A DNA stretch of 64,000 nt from Anolis carolinensis (lineage: Eukaryota), in the NCBI RefSeq assembly GCF_035594765.1, contig NC_085844.1, forward strand, positions 53,521,923 through 53,585,922. Direction: 5' to 3'. Numbering within the stretch: the first letter of the stretch is position 1; every line of letters starts with the position of its first letter. Shown in pieces: positions 51,976-64,000 of the stretch. The position numbers were made by a program, and so were the translations under genes. The notes beneath the pieces are model-generated. The model saw only the letters and a list, made by a program, of their open reading frames with translations. It ran no database searches and was not told the origin of the DNA.

Positions 51976-54049
51976 AAATAATTAAAATAGCAAACAGTTC
52001 TGATAAACAGAAGAATAGAGCTGCTTTTTGTGGTACAATTTTGCTCATAAGTTTTCATTAATGATAAAGAAAGCAATATTTTGCAAAAAAAATATACACT
52101 AATACAACACTTTTATACAAAAAAGTCCAAGAGTCCAACACCACAACTGTATCTGTCTTGGAAAAATTCATGTATAGAAAACCTAATCCATGAACTCATT
52201 TTTATCATGACTTGCATGAGCATTCCTGCTAATTAAAATAATGAAAGAAGTTTTAAGTGGCAGTGGTATAAGTGAGATTTATTCTATTTTTCAACCTACA
52301 TTTCAAGATCAAAGCTTCCAACCTTCTAATCTACAGAATCATTAGTGCCATTGTTTCTTTCATAAGAACTTTTCAAGCAAGTTGCTACAAAGATCCCTTT
52401 TTATCATTTATGTGTTCTGATCTATTTATTAATTCATTTATAACTGTTTTGACACACTTCATCCAATGCACATTACTTTCCTTGGTAGAAAGTTTACTTT
52501 GTAATGCATTATTTACAAACATTACTTTTTTTGGTAATCCACAGCATTATTCATTATTCAGTATTGTTTTTCAATAGTTGAAAAAGCTTTTCCCACCCTA
52601 AGCATTAATATCTGTTTTCTACCTTGAAGCAACTAGCTAAGGGACAGCAATCCCTTTATTGTAATATGATCCCTAGTGTACACAGAGAATTTTAGATGAA
52701 AATGGTTTTGTTTGACAGGTGTTTCAGGAAAATCTGGTTGAAATCTAAGATTTTATTATCCTCTTTGCTCACCTAGTTTTTTTTTGGGGGGGGGGGGAGA
52801 ATAAAAAACACTCTTTTCTTTTTTCAGATTGCATTGTGTGTTGCATGATGGTGAGATTTTCCTCTCATTGTTCAGTATTGATCAATATGATGCCAAGAGA
52901 GATGAAATGGCAACATATTAAAAGATCCAGTGTAAGGAAAATAAGAAATAAATGACAATTAGGCAGATATAATTATAATGAATTTGATATACAACATTCA
53001 AAAGCATTCCACATACCTTGTATTAATGAGTATTTTTTTTCTGATTAGGAGTCGGGAGTGGAAGAACAAAAACAAGCCACAGTTCTTATTTTATATTCCA
53101 TGCCTTGTCATGGGTTTACTGTTATCTAAACTCATAGAAATATAGAAGTGAACCGAGGAAAAAAATTTAGTCAGTTATTTCAGCTTGGCGCTGTATTCAT
53201 TCAACCCTATTTTGAAACCTTGCTGTTTCTATAGGAAAGATGCCTCTTACAATCAAAATGAGGAAAATTCAGATTCCCCAAAATTTGTTAATATTCCAGA
53301 ATGGTCACAAAAGTAGACAAAGTCGATATTTTTGGGAATGTGGGAAAGAATAAAAATTATAGGATCATATTATTTGGAAAATATATGGATTTATTTTAGA
53401 TCTTCTACACATTCAGTTCTCATTAGATTGATTGCCTGTGTGTCTGTGCAACTAGTTAAGTGCCTCTTAACAGAGATTGCCCTGAATACTAGGAGTGAAC
53501 AAATCAATGCTAGGGGGTCTCTCTATTTAGTTTTGCTAGGCTTAGGGTTATCTCATAGTGTTTTCAATATTGATTTAGAGTATTCTTTAAAAGGTTTCAA
53601 CAAAGAAATGTAATTGCAATTTTCTTTTCAATTCTCCTCATATAACATTTTAATACAAATACCTCTTGCAAGCAATTTTCTCCAACATGATGCATTTCTG
53701 TAAATTATTTTCATGAATATACATTTTTCATTACATTTTCCCCTGATATATGCATTTGGTATGCAGCTTTTCCATCAGAGAAGTGAATCATAAACGCTGA
53801 AGTGTAAATCCTGAAGGATAGTGATTTTATTGTTCACATATTGGTTTGGGAATTGGAAATTTGATTGTCCCTATGAGACACACACGCCCGGAGTACAGTA
53901 GGTGGATGGATAGTCTGTTGTAGCCACTTTGCTACAGTGTCAGCTAGATTCCATTTATGTTTTGGAAGAAGAACTGTTTTTATTGCCTTTACTTATTCAA
54001 TCAAAGAGTATTTCTTTGGGGAGATGGATGAAGATATTTTATATCACAG

Positions 54050-54530
54050 CCCCTCTTCTTTTTATTTTATATCCTGCTTTTCCCTCAAAAATGAGATTTA
54101 AGGTGGTATAAAAATTAAAATACATGAGTTAAAATATACAAAATATCAACTATATTATGGAATTAAACTGTCAACTGCGTTTAAAAAGGAGAAGCAAAAA
54201 TATTACGGTAGTAAATAGTAGTTCAAAAATCACTTAAAAACAATACAACCCTGTACTAAAAACCTTTTCTATGAAAACCTACAATTCTCAAAATATGAAG
54301 GGGGAGGGAAGCAATTGTCTGTTGGTGGAAGGAAAGCAAGGCTAGGGCTATCTTAGCCCACTTAGCAAGGATGTTCAAAAACCACAGGACACCCACAAAG
54401 ACCCTATTTTGTATCTTCACCAGCCATGTCTGTGAATGTGATGACATAGTGAGAAGAGTCTGTTCTGGTGATTCCATGGCCTGGGAATGCTCATATGTGG
54501 AGATGTGCTTTGTTACATAGCCTTGCCCTT
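54050..54530 (-). mobile_element. Old L2-like 3' fragment
   Basis: Degenerate tail (TTTATTTTATATCCTGC..) plus degenerate antisense of the L2 C-terminal motifs. Confidence 0.45.
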
Positions 54531-55042
54531 ATTATCCCATCTGTATAATTTATATGCAGGATATATCATAATAACATGTGGAATAAAGAGGGGTGAAATT
54601 TGGGAGAAAGAGCATCAACATAAGAGATGCTAATGGTGCCACGTTATTAACACCAATAATTATTAATAATTATTAATTATTAATTAATAGTTATTAAGAC
54701 CTGGAATCACTGCTGATGAAAGTTAAGGAATACATTGAAAATGCAGTGGCATGTTAAAATTAAATGGAGAGGCAGCTATGAATATCAGTCCAATGAATTT
54801 CTCACTTACCTTTATCCAAACCAACAGAGATGAACTAGTCAATAATGAGATTGTTGAGTGGAAGGGTTCATGGGAGATTCTTAAATTTCTTAAATGTGAG
54901 GCATTGAAGAAACAGTTAAAAACAATGCCAATGAGGTGTCTAAAGGAATCCAGTGTGTAAAGGTCTAAAGAATTTTCAGAGCTGAGATTTAAGGAAGACA
55001 TTTATAAGAAATGGCAGAAGGGGAACAAGCCAAAGAAGAAAT

Positions 55043-55480
55043 TATTATTTATTTACCACATTTATATCTTGCCCTTCTCATTCCGAACGGGACTGAGTGG
55101 CTTACAAGTTTTATGTACATACAATATATTATATTATTAGCATAGCACAATATTAGCATTATATATTACTATATTGTACTGTAACACCACACTGTAATAT
55201 TATTAGTAATATTACATATAATATATAAAATAATATATATAATATAATTAATATTATATTGTATTATTATTAGTATTATATTGAATTACATTATATTATC
55301 AATATTATATGTATAATGCAAACAAATAGCCAATACTGTAACACTATACTGTAATATTATTAGTAATATTACATGTAATATATAGCATAATATATATAAT
55401 ATAATTAATATTATACTGTATTATTATTAGTATTATATTGTATTACATTATAATATTATTATCAATATTATATGTATAAT
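55043..55480 (-). mobile_element. L2-tailed element with AT-rich body, partly tandem-duplicated
   Basis: TTATTTACCACATTTATATCTTGCCCTTCTCA..GGGACTGAGTGGCTTACA is the antisense L2 tail. Confidence 0.7.
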
Positions 55481-55496
55481 GCAAACAAATAGCCAA
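55177..55496 (+). repeat. Tandem duplication (157 bp + 163 bp)
   Basis: Both units start TACTGTAACAC and end ATGCAAACAAATAGCCAA. Confidence 0.9.
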
Positions 55497-58400
55497 TACT
55501 GGTAAGTGTAAAGTTAGAAAAAGCAGATCTCAGAGTAAGCTCATAGTCAGTGGCTGGCAATTCATAGTCAGTGTCTAGTGACTATTGGTCATTAGACAGA
55601 ATAAAATAATTGGAATAAGATGAGGAACAAGAAAATGATACAGTCTCTATATAGAGAAGATAGTGAAATGTTAGCATAGGGCAGGAAAAAATGCCAATCT
55701 GTTTGATAACATCTTTGTCTCATTCATTTAGTAAAGGGGCTACAAGCCACCATAGGTAAAGTGGTAGAAAAGGTAGAGAACATGCTGTCAAGTTGTTTCT
55801 GACTTATGGAGAACCTATTATGGGGTTTTTTGAGGATGGGGAATAGGTTTCTGTGACTGAGTGAAGAATCAAACCCAGTGGTACTTCAGTGCTCAAACCA
55901 CTATACCACATTGGCACTAGGATTATAACAGTATATAAATTTACCAATTTATAATTTTAAAATAATATCATAACATATCAAATCAAAATATAATAAAAAG
56001 GCATTACTATAAAAAATGGTGTGTGACCATTTTTCAAAAATAAAATATTTATTTAGTCTTAAGAAAAGATAGATTTTTTCCAGTGAACATAGCCTATTTT
56101 GGGAATATTATATATCCAGTGAACAATCTGGAACATGGTGGGGACATTGTAAAAAAATGATCCAGTTCACATGTAAATCACTGCCTGGCTATTAGAATGC
56201 CTCCACCCCAGATTCCCTCACCAGTTACTCAATTACAAAAAAATACCAGTGTTACTAATGGGAATGATACTAGCGATACTAATGGGAAATATTGCCATGG
56301 CACATCAAAATTCTGCTGAGATTATCTCCCCACCTTAGTAAGATGTTGAAAGCATCTTTTTACTGGAAGTTTTGTAGCACCAATGGGAACTTCAGCCACT
56401 GTGATGCCGGCAATGCATTTTCAGCAATGGCAAAAAGAGAATGTGACTAGCAATTAGTTATTATGGATACCTGTCCCCTTCAATTCTGGAAACCTGATAC
56501 TCCTGATTTGGCATCATAAGAACAAGTCATGATTAATCTTGTAGTCACATCCTTCACTTCGGCTTTTCTTAATATATGAGAGAATATGAAAACTTCCACT
56601 CATTGATTGTGAAGAAACCAAATTTTTTTAATTATGGCAAAATTCAAGAAACTATGGTCAATTCTTACTGTGGTCAATTGAAAAAGTCCATTTTAGGTAA
56701 TGCTTTCACTTCAGGCAGTACTTTGATTCAACAAGGATTAGAATACATCTTAACTTACTGAGAAACAACTGGACCACAAATTTTAAAAAAGAATATAAGC
56801 TTTCTGTTTCCCTTTCTTACACATGAAGGAGGGAGAGATGAACTATTTGAGCTTTAGCTCAACATTACTCATTTTCATAATGCTAAGACATGCAAGGAAT
56901 AGTGGCATATGTTATTCAACACTGACAACACACAATATGTCCATTTAACTATTGGCTGGTGAGAATGAAAAAAATCAGAAAATAACAGTTTATGGCCATT
57001 TCTTAGAATGCTAGCAAAATGATTGTTAGGGGTGTGTTTGATTGGACTATTTAAACAATTTGTGGACCTAAACATTTTTCTTGCAGAAACATATGGGCAC
57101 CTTCATAGGAACTGAACTTTTCAGGCTAGTTTGGAAAATATCTAGGAAAAGGAGGGATAAAGTCAGATTATGTCCTGCCCCACCTCCCAATTCTTCTCCT
57201 GGCATAGTTGAAAATTCTCCCATACTTTTGTGGTCATGAATCGGACCATCAAATTGGAGGAAAACTATAACATAGCAATTGGATGTACTTACCAACTGGT
57301 CCTAAGTAATTCTTCGTGAATGGGCAATCCTCCTCCTAGGGAGATAAATCCTTTCTTGTCTCATTTTTGCACACGAGAAAGGATACCGCATTTGTGGGAA
57401 TATTTCTTTAAATAGCACAGATTATGTTTAGGCAAACTATAACTCTCACTGCTGTGGTCCAATTAGGCGGGGGGTTTTTTTTGCCTCTTTTAATCAATAA
57501 ACCATTCATTTGAGTTTGCTCTGTATGCATGTACACACACATGGCTTGACAAAAGGAAAAGAGAGTAGTTTTGTCCAGTGACATCTTGCACATATTGAAG
57601 AAATTGCCTGGTGAAAAATAAAGCCGTTGCCAAATTGCTCTCATTCAAAAGTGTGTTGTCAATTCCTTGAATGACAGTGGAAACTTGTCTATTTGGACTG
57701 GCAATTTGAAAGAGAGATCTCAGTCTTAGCCTATTGTCATATACATGCAGTTCTGCTCTCTGAGATGAGACAAAGGTAATGTCACATAGTGATTGCATTA
57801 TTTTCTTATGTTTGCAACCAAATATAAATTCTGCATTTTGTTTCCCATCTATACAGTTCATATCTTCATTGTGCATCCTACCTTGTCCCTACCAATAAAT
57901 CCCACTTCCAGTGAATATCGTTCTGTGAGTTTTTAGGCCTGAATCCTCTTGGTAGGTCTAATTGATTTACTTCCATTCAAAGTCAATCCATTGAATTAAT
58001 GAGATTTAAATAAATATTTTATTCCAATACAATATGTTGTAAAATATAAAAGTACATATCTACTACACTACCTAATAACTACAACTGCATGCCTAACTAA
58101 TAGGGCTGTGCAATTAATGAAAAAAGTTTCAAAACTCATTACTAAATTAGCACCTTTTGAATTCTCTGTCATAGGGCTCCTCACCTTCCCAAACTACATT
58201 TCCCAGAATTCTTTGCTTTCTCCGCCCATATCCCAGCGAACTTTGCTTTGTCACTGTTGCTTCCCTCTCCTAATGGCAAGAGACCACTAATTTAAAGAGG
58301 AATGGCAACCTTTTTGGCTTTGCTTTGCTTGCTTGTGCTGAAAATGAAACTGACTTTGGGAATTTAAAAAAAATTCAAACAGAAAAGTATTGGGTAAGTT

Positions 58401-59149
58401 TCAGTTCTTAAGTTTTTGGCATGAGCCATGCCCACATGTTGAATATTGCATCATAAGTATGAATTTAACTCTTTGATCCAACTTACAATGACTAATGTAT
58501 TCAGTGTCCTTTCTTTAATTTGATTCTTTTTCCATCTTTGCCAAGTTGTAGAGTTTTATTAACCAGACCCCTTTGTTGGTATATCCATATCTTTCAATTT
58601 CTGGGCTTACAACAGTCTATTTAACATTATCAAATATAGAAATAATCTCTGTTTGTAGTAGTAGTAGTTTTTATTTTTGCCTTTCCAAAGTCCAAAAAGG
58701 AAAAAAAACTGATCTCAATTTAGATTTAAATAAGTACTGACTCACTATCCAGCCATTGATTTAATTGATCTATTCTAACTGGACTTACAATAACTTCAAA
58801 GTGTTAGATGGCATATTTAGAGATCATTTTCTGAAGATTTATGACTTTCCTTAGTGTACCGATGCTAAAAATATGCTATCCCCTAGGCAGGAAAATATGC
58901 CCCTAGGCAGTGTTATCAGTGGCACTAATTGAGCAAACCATGGGCATAAATGTCGCAGACAAACTTGGGCTCAAAACAGTTTGAGTACATGTTATACCTG
59001 TGTTCCTTTCAGGATGCTTCCATATGAAGGGCTTTTAATGCCAGAAATTAAAAGGCCTTGTGAAGCTATTCCATCTTTTTCTGTAACAGGTTATCAAAAG
59101 CTACAGTTATAATATTTACAATTGTACTTCCTTACATATCAATATTCTA

Positions 59150-59433
59150 CTTTTTTTTCCAGTGGCTTTACTTATCCTTTGAAGCTAAGATTTGTTGTTG
59201 TTTTCTGGTAGTTCAATGTACACAAACTCAATTTCATGCACAAAAATAATATTCAGGTTATGTGTATAAGGCCATATGAAAGATAAATTATTTTTGTGTT
59301 TAGACATGGGGCCCATCTCCAAGGAATCTTATTATTTATATATATGCAAATACAAGTATTCCAAAACCCCAAAAGAACCAAAATCCAAAGCACTTCTGAT
59401 CTCAAGCATTTTGGACAATGGGTACTCAAACTG
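59150..59433. mobile_element. Tigger/MER44-like element, right end
   Basis: CACTTCTGATCTCAAGCATTTTGGACAATGGGTACTCAAACTG followed by TA resembles Tigger7/MER44-type termini (from memory). Confidence 0.6.
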
Positions 59434-60147
59434 TACTTTTCTTTTATGCTCATAGTAAAATAAGCACTTGTGTTACATTAAAATACAAATTGTCTCTCAT
59501 TGGCATAGGAGCCTGATGAATTCCTGTGTTAATTCCTACTTCACTGTCAGGAAAAAAGAGCACCAATATTTTTGTTCTGTGCTAATGTTTGAAGGGAAGG
59601 TTGTTATCAATGACCATATTTATTTTCATTGAGCTTAGTCAGCAGTGGTACAATTTATACAACTCAAAGTTTGGCCATCCTTTCATTATTAGACTGCTTG
59701 GCCCATCTATCAGTGCTCATAGCAGAAATCTGTGCCAAGCATCAGATACCATTTTGCCATGGACATCATTCAGAAAGATCAATTAATATAATATTTACTT
59801 TAAACTGCACTGGTTGGCTCTAGAAAAGTAAGACATTCATCTTTATCAGTTACATATATTTAATTTCTAATGCTGTTATCTGAAAATGTGGTGATACAGT
59901 CAACCACACTCTGCATTTTGGTCAAGTAATCATTTTTAATTTTATCTTGACGTGTCTCAATTTGTCTTCATTGCTTCTTTCCTAGCATTCAATAAAATTT
60001 TGTTTTAGAAATCCGGTATGTGATGCCTTGTTGAATAAATAGTAGGAACTGAAAGCTGTTAAGTGAAAGGTGGCAATGATAATTCACAAATAGTAGTTGA
60101 GGAAGCTGTGTGTGCATGTGTGTGTGTATATGTTTGTGTGTATACAT

Positions 60148-61029
60148 TAGGGAAGTGCAAAAAATCATAAGAGGGCCGTAAATTGTAAGTGTTTAATGAA
60201 ATCCGTACTTACGACCCGATTTACAACCCCACAGAGCCAACCCCCATCAAACACAAATGAATAAAAAAACACCCACCTCATAGAGAAGTTTGTTTGTTTC
60301 TCTCTTTCTCTCTCTCTCTCCACCCACCTCCCTCTCCTTCCTTGTGCCCTTGTGGAGGTGGAGGGCTGCTCTCTGCCTCTTTCTCTGTCTCTCCCACTAC
60401 TCATCGGCCTCCCTCTTATGTCGGGCCATATGCTTGGCAGAAGAGGAGGCCCCGGCAAGGGCTGCAAGGAGGCCCCGCCCTGCATGAGACCTGGGGTAAG
60501 GAGTATACCTAATGGAAAGGCCCTGTCAAAAGCCTTCCGTGCTAGTACTGCCTCTCGCGAGAGAGCCTCAAGCCTTGCAAGAAGTAGCATTAGTATGAAA
60601 GTACCTGCCATTTTAAGCAGGGCCTGTGGCATTCCTCTTATACCGGGTGCATAGCGTTGCCAAAGGCAGCAGGGCTGCTTAAAATAGTGGGTACTCTCAT
60701 ACCAGAGGCTTTTGGCAGGGTCTCCTCCCCCATCAGGTGCATGGCTTATCCCAGGCCTAGCACTGAGCAGGGCCTGCTCACATAAGACTAGGTAGTGGAC
60801 AGAGAAGAGCCACCCCAAGCCCCGCTGGGCTGTTTCCTCCACCAGGTATTGTTTAGCTTAGCTCTTTTAGGTTTTTTGATAATGAAAAATAACAAATTTA
60901 TCATTATTTTGTACTAGATATGACCGGACTCCTTATGAATTTTTCAAAACACTTTAGAATCAAAATGGGGGGTTGCACAAATTTTGTAAGTACAAATGAA
61001 GTGATTTTTTTGCTTTGTGCACACCTCTA
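60148..61029. mobile_element. Non-autonomous hAT (Ac-like TAGGG.. termini) element
   Basis: TIR TAGGGAAGTGC / GCACACCTCTA. Perfect 8-bp TSD GTATACAT at 60140-60147 and 61030-61037. Confidence 0.9.
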
Positions 61030-62129
61030 GTATACATGCATACTTTTAAAACTTTCTTCATGTTTTCACAGGGAACTTCATAATAATATGAAGAAAACAA
61101 AACAAGAGAATATTTCCACCTTAAATGCTGGTTACAATTTTTCACAGACACCCTATAATCAATTAATTTTCTTTTATCCCCTTCAAGTTTTAGTTCCCCT
61201 TACATTTCTGCCACTTGTTGGCTTCTTTCCACCTCTATCCGCGCTACATATCCAGTGTCAGTGAACCTGCTCTTTTTAATAATTTACACAAATTGACAAC
61301 AGATATAATCACTTTTTAAGTGTTATCAAGAATAGCTGCTGTGAGGAATTTCAATATGTATGATGCAGCAGAGAATGAGTGGTGATTCTTATTATACCTG
61401 CACAGCCTCTACACCATGGTTCAGGATTAAATGAAAAATATTTTTCCCTCCGCTTTTTCTATATTAAAGATATTGAGGTATAGATGAAAGCACATATCAG
61501 CACACTAAGAAAACTGATTACACATTAATTTAAACATTAAATCTCTGTACTATCACACAAGAAAGAACAAACAACCTAAATATAAAATAAAGCAGTAGTA
61601 CTTCTATTAAAAGGTAATTTTATTTGGTATTTCTACTGAGAGCTAATTTTAGTAGTAACACTAAAATTTATATGATAAACCTGATAACCAATACCATTTT
61701 ACATTATGAAGTTAATGTTGCATTGCCAGTAGAATGGAGGTGGCTGATTTCAAATGATTTCACTGGGGATGTTTAAGAGCAGGATGATAGATAGAGGAGG
61801 GACTGTAAGTTAAGATGGAATAGCTGATATCTCCACATATCATATTGTCACAATTGTCTTCATTCAGTGGAGGATCACCACAACAGAAAGGATGCTAGCT
61901 TTAGGAACTATCTTAGAGACTAAAACTAAAACTAAAACTAAGTGAATTGTATTAACGTGATTCAACTCCATAACGTGATTCCATTTGATGCTGGAAACAA
62001 AACTACTCTTCACTTGGGAAGCTAATGGAAATTAATCCATTTTGTGACTAAAGAGGTAGAGGTTCAAGAGAGTCTCAGATATAGTCCCATTGGGAGATCA
62101 GATTATCTCCTCGCCAGCTTTCGAGAGTA

Positions 62130-63207
62130 CAGAAAAACCTTAACTTAAGAGTGTAATTTGTTTCATGACTGAACTCTTAACTCAAAATGCTCTTATTGCA
62201 AAGCAAATATCCCATTGAAATGTGATTAATCAGTTCTTGCCCCACAAAGGTAAAGGTTTCCCCTGACATTAAGTCCAGTCGTGTCTGACTCTGGGGGTTG
62301 GTGCTCATCTCCATTTCTAAACCGAAGAGCCGGCATTGTCCATAGACACCTCCAAGGTCATGTGGCTGGCATGACTGTTAATGTGACAATGACTGCATGA
62401 AGCGCCATTACCTTCCTGCCAGAGTAGACCTACTGATCTACTCACATTTGCATGTTTTTGAACTGCTAGGTTGGCAGGAGCTGGGGCTAACAGCGGGCGC
62501 TCATTCCGCTCACTGTGCCACCAGGGGCCCCTCAAAAGCCCTCCCATTTTTGTTACATGTTTTTAACTAAGAAAATGTATTTTATAAATAACAAATAATG
62601 CATACATGCACAGTTACATGGAACAATAAAAAAGAAAGATCAACATTAAAAATGGTAGAAGCACAATCTTGTGGCAAGGAAGCACATTTGAGATAATAAA
62701 ATGTGCGTTGGCCAGTGTAACAGCAAGGCAAAACCTGCACATTCACATGGCACAATAAAAAAGAAAGATCAACTTTAAAATGATAGAAGCACAAAGTTGT
62801 GGCACAATGGTAGAAGCACCAAGTAGAGGCAAGGAAGCACAGTATAAAACAAAGAGCATCATTTTCTTCACACTGTACTCATTCCAGCCGCCCTCCCTCT
62901 CTTGTTCTCTCCCACTCTCTTTATGAAGCCAAACATACCAGGAATAAAAACCACACAAAATCAACTAACACAAAGTTCCTTCAAGCAGACAATAGCAAAG
63001 TAGACAAAAGCAAAGCAGACTGCAATCTCCCAAAGCAGACAAGAGCCAGACGCATGGAAGCTGCTTCCTTGAAGCACTAACACTGTGTACTCTGGTGCTA
63101 GTGCTTCCTCTGGTACCAGCTCTTAACTCAAAATGTTGCTCTTATGTCAAAGTTAAACCTGAGCTGAACGACAGCTCTTAACCCTTAAGTTGGGAGGCAC
63201 CCTTGTA
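62130..63207. mobile_element. Tigger-like non-autonomous element hosting a Sauria SINE
   Basis: TA-CAG..CCTTAACTTAAG start and CTTAAGTTGGGAGG..TG-TA end. CTCTTAACTCAAAATG repeats near both ends. Internal duplication at 62623-62670 and 62752-62820. Confidence 0.55.
62249..62526 (-). mobile_element. Sauria SINE inserted into a Tigger-like DNA transposon
   Basis: Closely matches the 28560 copy but has an internal deletion. 10-bp TSD GCCCCACAAA/GCCCCTCAAA. Confidence 0.9.
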
Positions 63208-64000
63208 TACATGATATTATTCTGATAGGGCTCTTCTCATCTTTTTGATACATAAAAAAACCCCAAATAATTGCACATTATAATTGTAGAGTCTTACATC
63301 CTGTTTTACATTCAGAGTTATGATGGAGAATAAAAACTTGATTTTGTATTATTAGGGCATGTCAACATGTGCATCATATATTGAATTGTGCAAGATGTCA
63401 CTCCTGGATGTCCACATGGCATCCAGGGACTGCTAGTACTTGATACAGAATAAAACCAGTTTACCCACTTTTACCTCACATTAGCAGAAGTAAGGGAATG
63501 CCTCAGAGATTCCATGAAACACCCTTGAAGAGTGAATAGCACTATTTTATGATTTAACAAAAATGTGGCACATATAAAAAAATAACTATGAAATGGTTTG
63601 AGATGATCTTTTATAGCATGAATTTTTAGCTTTGTTGGATCTGGCCTTTTTAAAAGTACAAAGGCTGAAAACTACTGAAAACCTGAGCTTCTCAAATACT
63701 TTAAACCCAGGGTTATGGTCCAAAGTATAGTGTGTAATAAGTAATTTGGAAACTTGGCTTTGACATTTAAAGCTTACATTCCAATACAGAAGCTCAGTTT
63801 ACAAGGCTTCTCACATGAAATTATGAAAAACTTTAATATTACTTAGAAACTCTCAAACTCTGGCTTTAATACTTCTGAACTATTGCGTTAGAGGGTTTTT
63901 TATTGCATAACTTTGTTGTCAATAGACTTTCAACTTCCCTGGAAGTAGAATATTTGCCAAACCACAACATGCCAGACAATCAATGATGGGCCTTTCTGTG

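Larger units (their letters stand above)
54860..55545 (+). mobile_element. CR1 ORF2 fragment (linker between EN and RT), interrupted at ~55043-55480
   Basis: Translates as WEILK..EALKKQLKTMPMR, then ELRFKEDIYKKWQKG, and after the insertion KQIANT..KVRK. This resembles CR1 ORF2. Confidence 0.65.

Noticed and set aside
52828-52850. 23-nt microexon candidate (TTTTCAG|..ATG|GTGAGA)
   Set aside because: It is not frame-preserving, and similar signals are expected by chance.
60165-60842. 225-aa ORF whose N-terminus resembles ORF 4020-4361
   Set aside because: It has a GTG start, lies inside a non-autonomous hAT element, has no transposase motif and runs through a microsatellite. The similarity only reflects shared repeat ancestry.
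1-64000. Prokaryotic systems (operons, CRISPR arrays, defence islands)
   Set aside because: Coding density is very low, microsatellites and vertebrate LINEs/SINEs are abundant, and there are no regularly spaced repeat-spacer arrays.

Overview
This is not prokaryotic sequence. It is an AT-rich, CpG-poor vertebrate window, most likely from a squamate of the Anolis type, judged from my recollection of the repeat families (no database search was run). It reads as intergenic or deep intronic DNA dominated by transposable elements. The largest is a near-full-length, lightly disrupted L2 LINE ORF2 (APE endonuclease plus RT; ~21.9-25.3 kb, minus strand). There are also L1, RTE and CR1 fragments, many L2 3' ends, three SINE families (Sauria SINE, an L2-tailed SINE and a poly-A tRNA-type SINE), two related solo LTRs with 5-bp TSDs, many non-autonomous hAT, Harbinger-like and Tc1/mariner-pogo/Tigger elements (several with readable TSDs) and microsatellites. 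I found no confidently identifiable host protein-coding gene, rRNA, tRNA or CRISPR array. I cannot support a claim of a new biological system. The most interesting observations are: a young 107-bp near-perfect inverted repeat (7077-7827); a 68-bp retro-insertion with a 12-bp TSD inside a MITE; a hairpin at an RTE 5' junction; a chimeric hAT/mariner MITE; ZNF143-type motifs carried by DNA transposons; and a few well-formed candidate exons in TE-poor stretches. Element boundaries without TSD support are approximate.
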